A stretch of 36,827 nucleotides of DNA from Armatimonadota bacterium. GTDB lineage: Bacteria; Armatimonadota; Zipacnadia; Zipacnadales; UBA5352. Under the pieces are notes generated by a model. That model searched no databases. It was not told the origin of the DNA and saw only the letters and a list, made by a program, of their open reading frames with translations. Below, piece after piece: positions 35,099 through 36,827 of the stretch. The position numbers and the translations under genes were made by a program. The number at the start of each line of letters is the position of its first letter. Within the stretch, counting starts at the first letter, position 1. The stretch covers positions 1-36,827 of the forward strand of contig JAYENL010000131.1 of NCBI GenBank assembly GCA_034722055.1. The letters are read 5' to 3'.

Positions 35099-36043
35099 AT
35101 GCAGCGACGCGAGTTCATCGCCCGGCTGGCAGCCATGGGACTGGGCGCGGCTGCCGGGATCGCCTTCGGAGAGGACGCGCCCGAGCCGGCGCCGAGCCTG
35201 CCTCGCCGGGAGCTGAGGCCGGGCGGTCCGGAGCTGTCCATCGTCGGCTTCGGGGGGATGCTGCTGCCCGGCATGGAGCAGCAGCAGGCCAACGACATCG
35301 TGGCCTGGGCCTACGACCGGGGTGTCACCTACTACGATGTGGCGCCGACCTACGGCGACGCCCAGGACCTGCTGGGGCCGGCGCTGGAGCCCTACCGCGA
35401 CAACTGCTTCCTGGCCTGCAAGACCCTCGAGCGCGACGCCGAGGGCGCCCGCGAGGAGCTGGAGGGCTCGCTGCAGGCGCTGCGCACGGATCACTTCGAC
35501 CTCTATCAGCTCCATGCCCTGCGCACGGCCGAGGACGTGGAGCAGGTTACCGCGCCCGGAGGCGCACTGGAGACCTTCGTGGCCGCTCGGGAGGAGGGCC
35601 TCGTCCGGCACCTGGGCTTCTCGGCGCACACCGAGGAGGCCGCCGTGGCGGTCATGGACCGGTTCGACTTCGACACCACGCTCTTCCCCATCAACTGCGT
35701 CTGTGTGGAGCGCGGCGAGTTCGGCCCCGCGGTGATCGAGAAGGCCGCCGAGCGGGATGTGAGCATCCTGGCCATCAAATCGCTGGCCTGGACGCGCGTG
35801 CCGCAGGGCCAGCAGAAGCCCTACCCTAACTGCTGGTACCAGCCCATCGAGGATCCCGACCTGGGCCGTCTGGCGCTCTCTTACACGCTCGACAGGTCCA
35901 CGGTCGCGGCGGTCTCGCCTGCCGCGGCGGAGCTGCTGATGCTGGCGGTGGAGATCGGCCTGCGCTACCGGCCGCTGTCGGACGCCGAGCGCGCGCGGCT
36001 CATCGCTCGCACGCAGGGCATCCAGCCCATCTTCCCGCAGTAG
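35099..36043 (+). CDS. Aldo/keto reductase with Tat-like signal peptide
   Basis: QRREFI twin-arginine motif; YYDVAPTYG, LACKT, DHFDLYQLHAL, RHLGFSAH; SD GAGGAGG. Confidence 0.92.
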   Translation: MQRREFIARLAAMGLGAAAGIAFGEDAPEPAPSLPRRELRPGGPELSIVGFGGMLLPGMEQQQANDIVAWAYDRGVTYYDVAPTYGDAQDLLGPALEPYRDNCFLACKTLERDAEGAREELEGSLQALRTDHFDLYQLHALRTAEDVEQVTAPGGALETFVAAREEGLVRHLGFSAHTEEAAVAVMDRFDFDTTLFPINCVCVERGEFGPAVIEKAAERDVSILAIKSLAWTRVPQGQQKPYPNCWYQPIEDPDLGRLALSYTLDRSTVAAVSPAAAELLMLAVEIGLRYRPLSDAERARLIARTQGIQPIFPQ

Positions 36044-36168
36044 CAGAGAGGTACACATTGCAACCAGCCTCGGGTAGGCGTGGCCCCGTGCTGGCCTGTG
36101 CCGTCTGTCATTGCCCAGCCGTTTGGAGCGGCGGGACTACACGCTCCCACCCGGATGTTGCAGAGCCG

Positions 36169-36827
36169 GTAACTACTCACCTTGTGGGGTCAGGGAGGTT
36201 GTAGGAGGAGGTTGTGGTCGATACAAGGGCCGAGAGCGTCGGTGAGTGTTTCGAGGGCATCATGGCCATGTTTTCGGGCCGTCTGCAGCACCGTCGCCAC
36301 AGTGGCGTAGGCCTCCGCGCCCCACGTCGAGCGAAAGCCGCCGGTCACTTTACGGTGGACCACCGGCTTGCGCAACGCCCGCTCAGAGGCGTTGTTGTCC
36401 GGAGGCACATCCGCGCGGTGCAGGAAAGTGAACAGGCTCTCGCGGTGCTTGCGATAGCGCTTCTGCAGGCGTCGTCCGTTTTCGCCGCTCGCGTCAGGCG
36501 CCAGCAGGGCGTCGCAGGCCGCCTCGATGCGCCGCACCTGCGCCGCGAACAGTCCCGGCGACAGTTCGTCGCGGTGCCGGTCGAGGTCGATGGCGCGTCT
36601 GAACAGTTGCTGCATTCGCCAGCAGAAGCTACAACGCTCGGCCTCAATGCCGTATTCAAGGTCGCGAAGCTGGTGGGCCATGCACAACTGTCGCCGCTGT
36701 GCCGGGGCTTTCATCATGAGAAGCGCAGCTTCTCCCCACTGAAGCAGTCACTGACCCAGACCTGTGGCTTGACGTCACCGAGCACATCTTCGATGACCCG
36801 GCTGCCGCGACTGTCGGCGATCAGATG
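36169..36827 (-). mobile_element. IS66-family insertion sequence, right part (runs off the window)
   Basis: Terminus GTAACTACTCAC at 36169, about 20 nt past the transposase stop, resembles IS66 GTAA ends. Candidate 8-bp target is CAGAGCCG (36161-36168). Confidence 0.85.
36190..36827 (-). pseudogene. IS66-family DDE transposase (partial), frameshifted by a 17-bp insertion
   Basis: SRGSRVI...VWVSDCFS in one frame ends at TGA 36714-36716; QLCMAHQLRDL...VPPDNNASERALRK.V..RKVTGGFRS continues in another frame. Confidence 0.88.

Noticed and set aside
1..36827. CRISPR array, or defence or prophage genes
   Set aside because: No regularly spaced direct repeats and no cas, integrase or phage structural genes recognised.

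Overview
GC-rich bacterial chromosomal segment from a diderm organism (it has TolC). The many secreted DUF4838/LamG/heparinase-like proteins would fit Armatimonadota or a PVC-like polysaccharide degrader, but this is inference only. Contents in order: Zn-dependent dehydrogenase; an N-terminally truncated hypothetical; a signal-peptide-bearing SAM methyltransferase; membrane protein; heparinase II/III-like lyase; trmFO; DUF4838 + HD-domain pair; manC-manB-manA (GDP-mannose) operon; marR-tolC-MFP-ABC ATPase-permease (MacAB-TolC-type) efflux operon with a frameshifted, very long MFP; an nrpR-rraA-2-hydroxyacid dehydrogenase-FG-GAP operon; secreted beta-propeller protein; PAP2 phosphatase; glnA; a 1354-aa LamG/transglutaminase-like protein; Tat-type aldo/keto reductase; and the right end of a disrupted IS66-family element. 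I found no rRNA, tRNA or CRISPR array. Main highlights: (1) an archaeal-type NrpR nitrogen regulator coupled to 2-oxoacid enzymes, near a glutamine synthetase lacking the adenylylation Tyr; (2) several families of REP-like palindromes, including a 154-nt multi-branched GTAG-headed structure and a 17-bp GNA-triloop hairpin that disrupts the IS66 transposase and has a covarying sibling upstream of glnA; (3) a possibly exported methyltransferase and a secreted transglutaminase-like multidomain protein. All calls were made by eye, without database searches.
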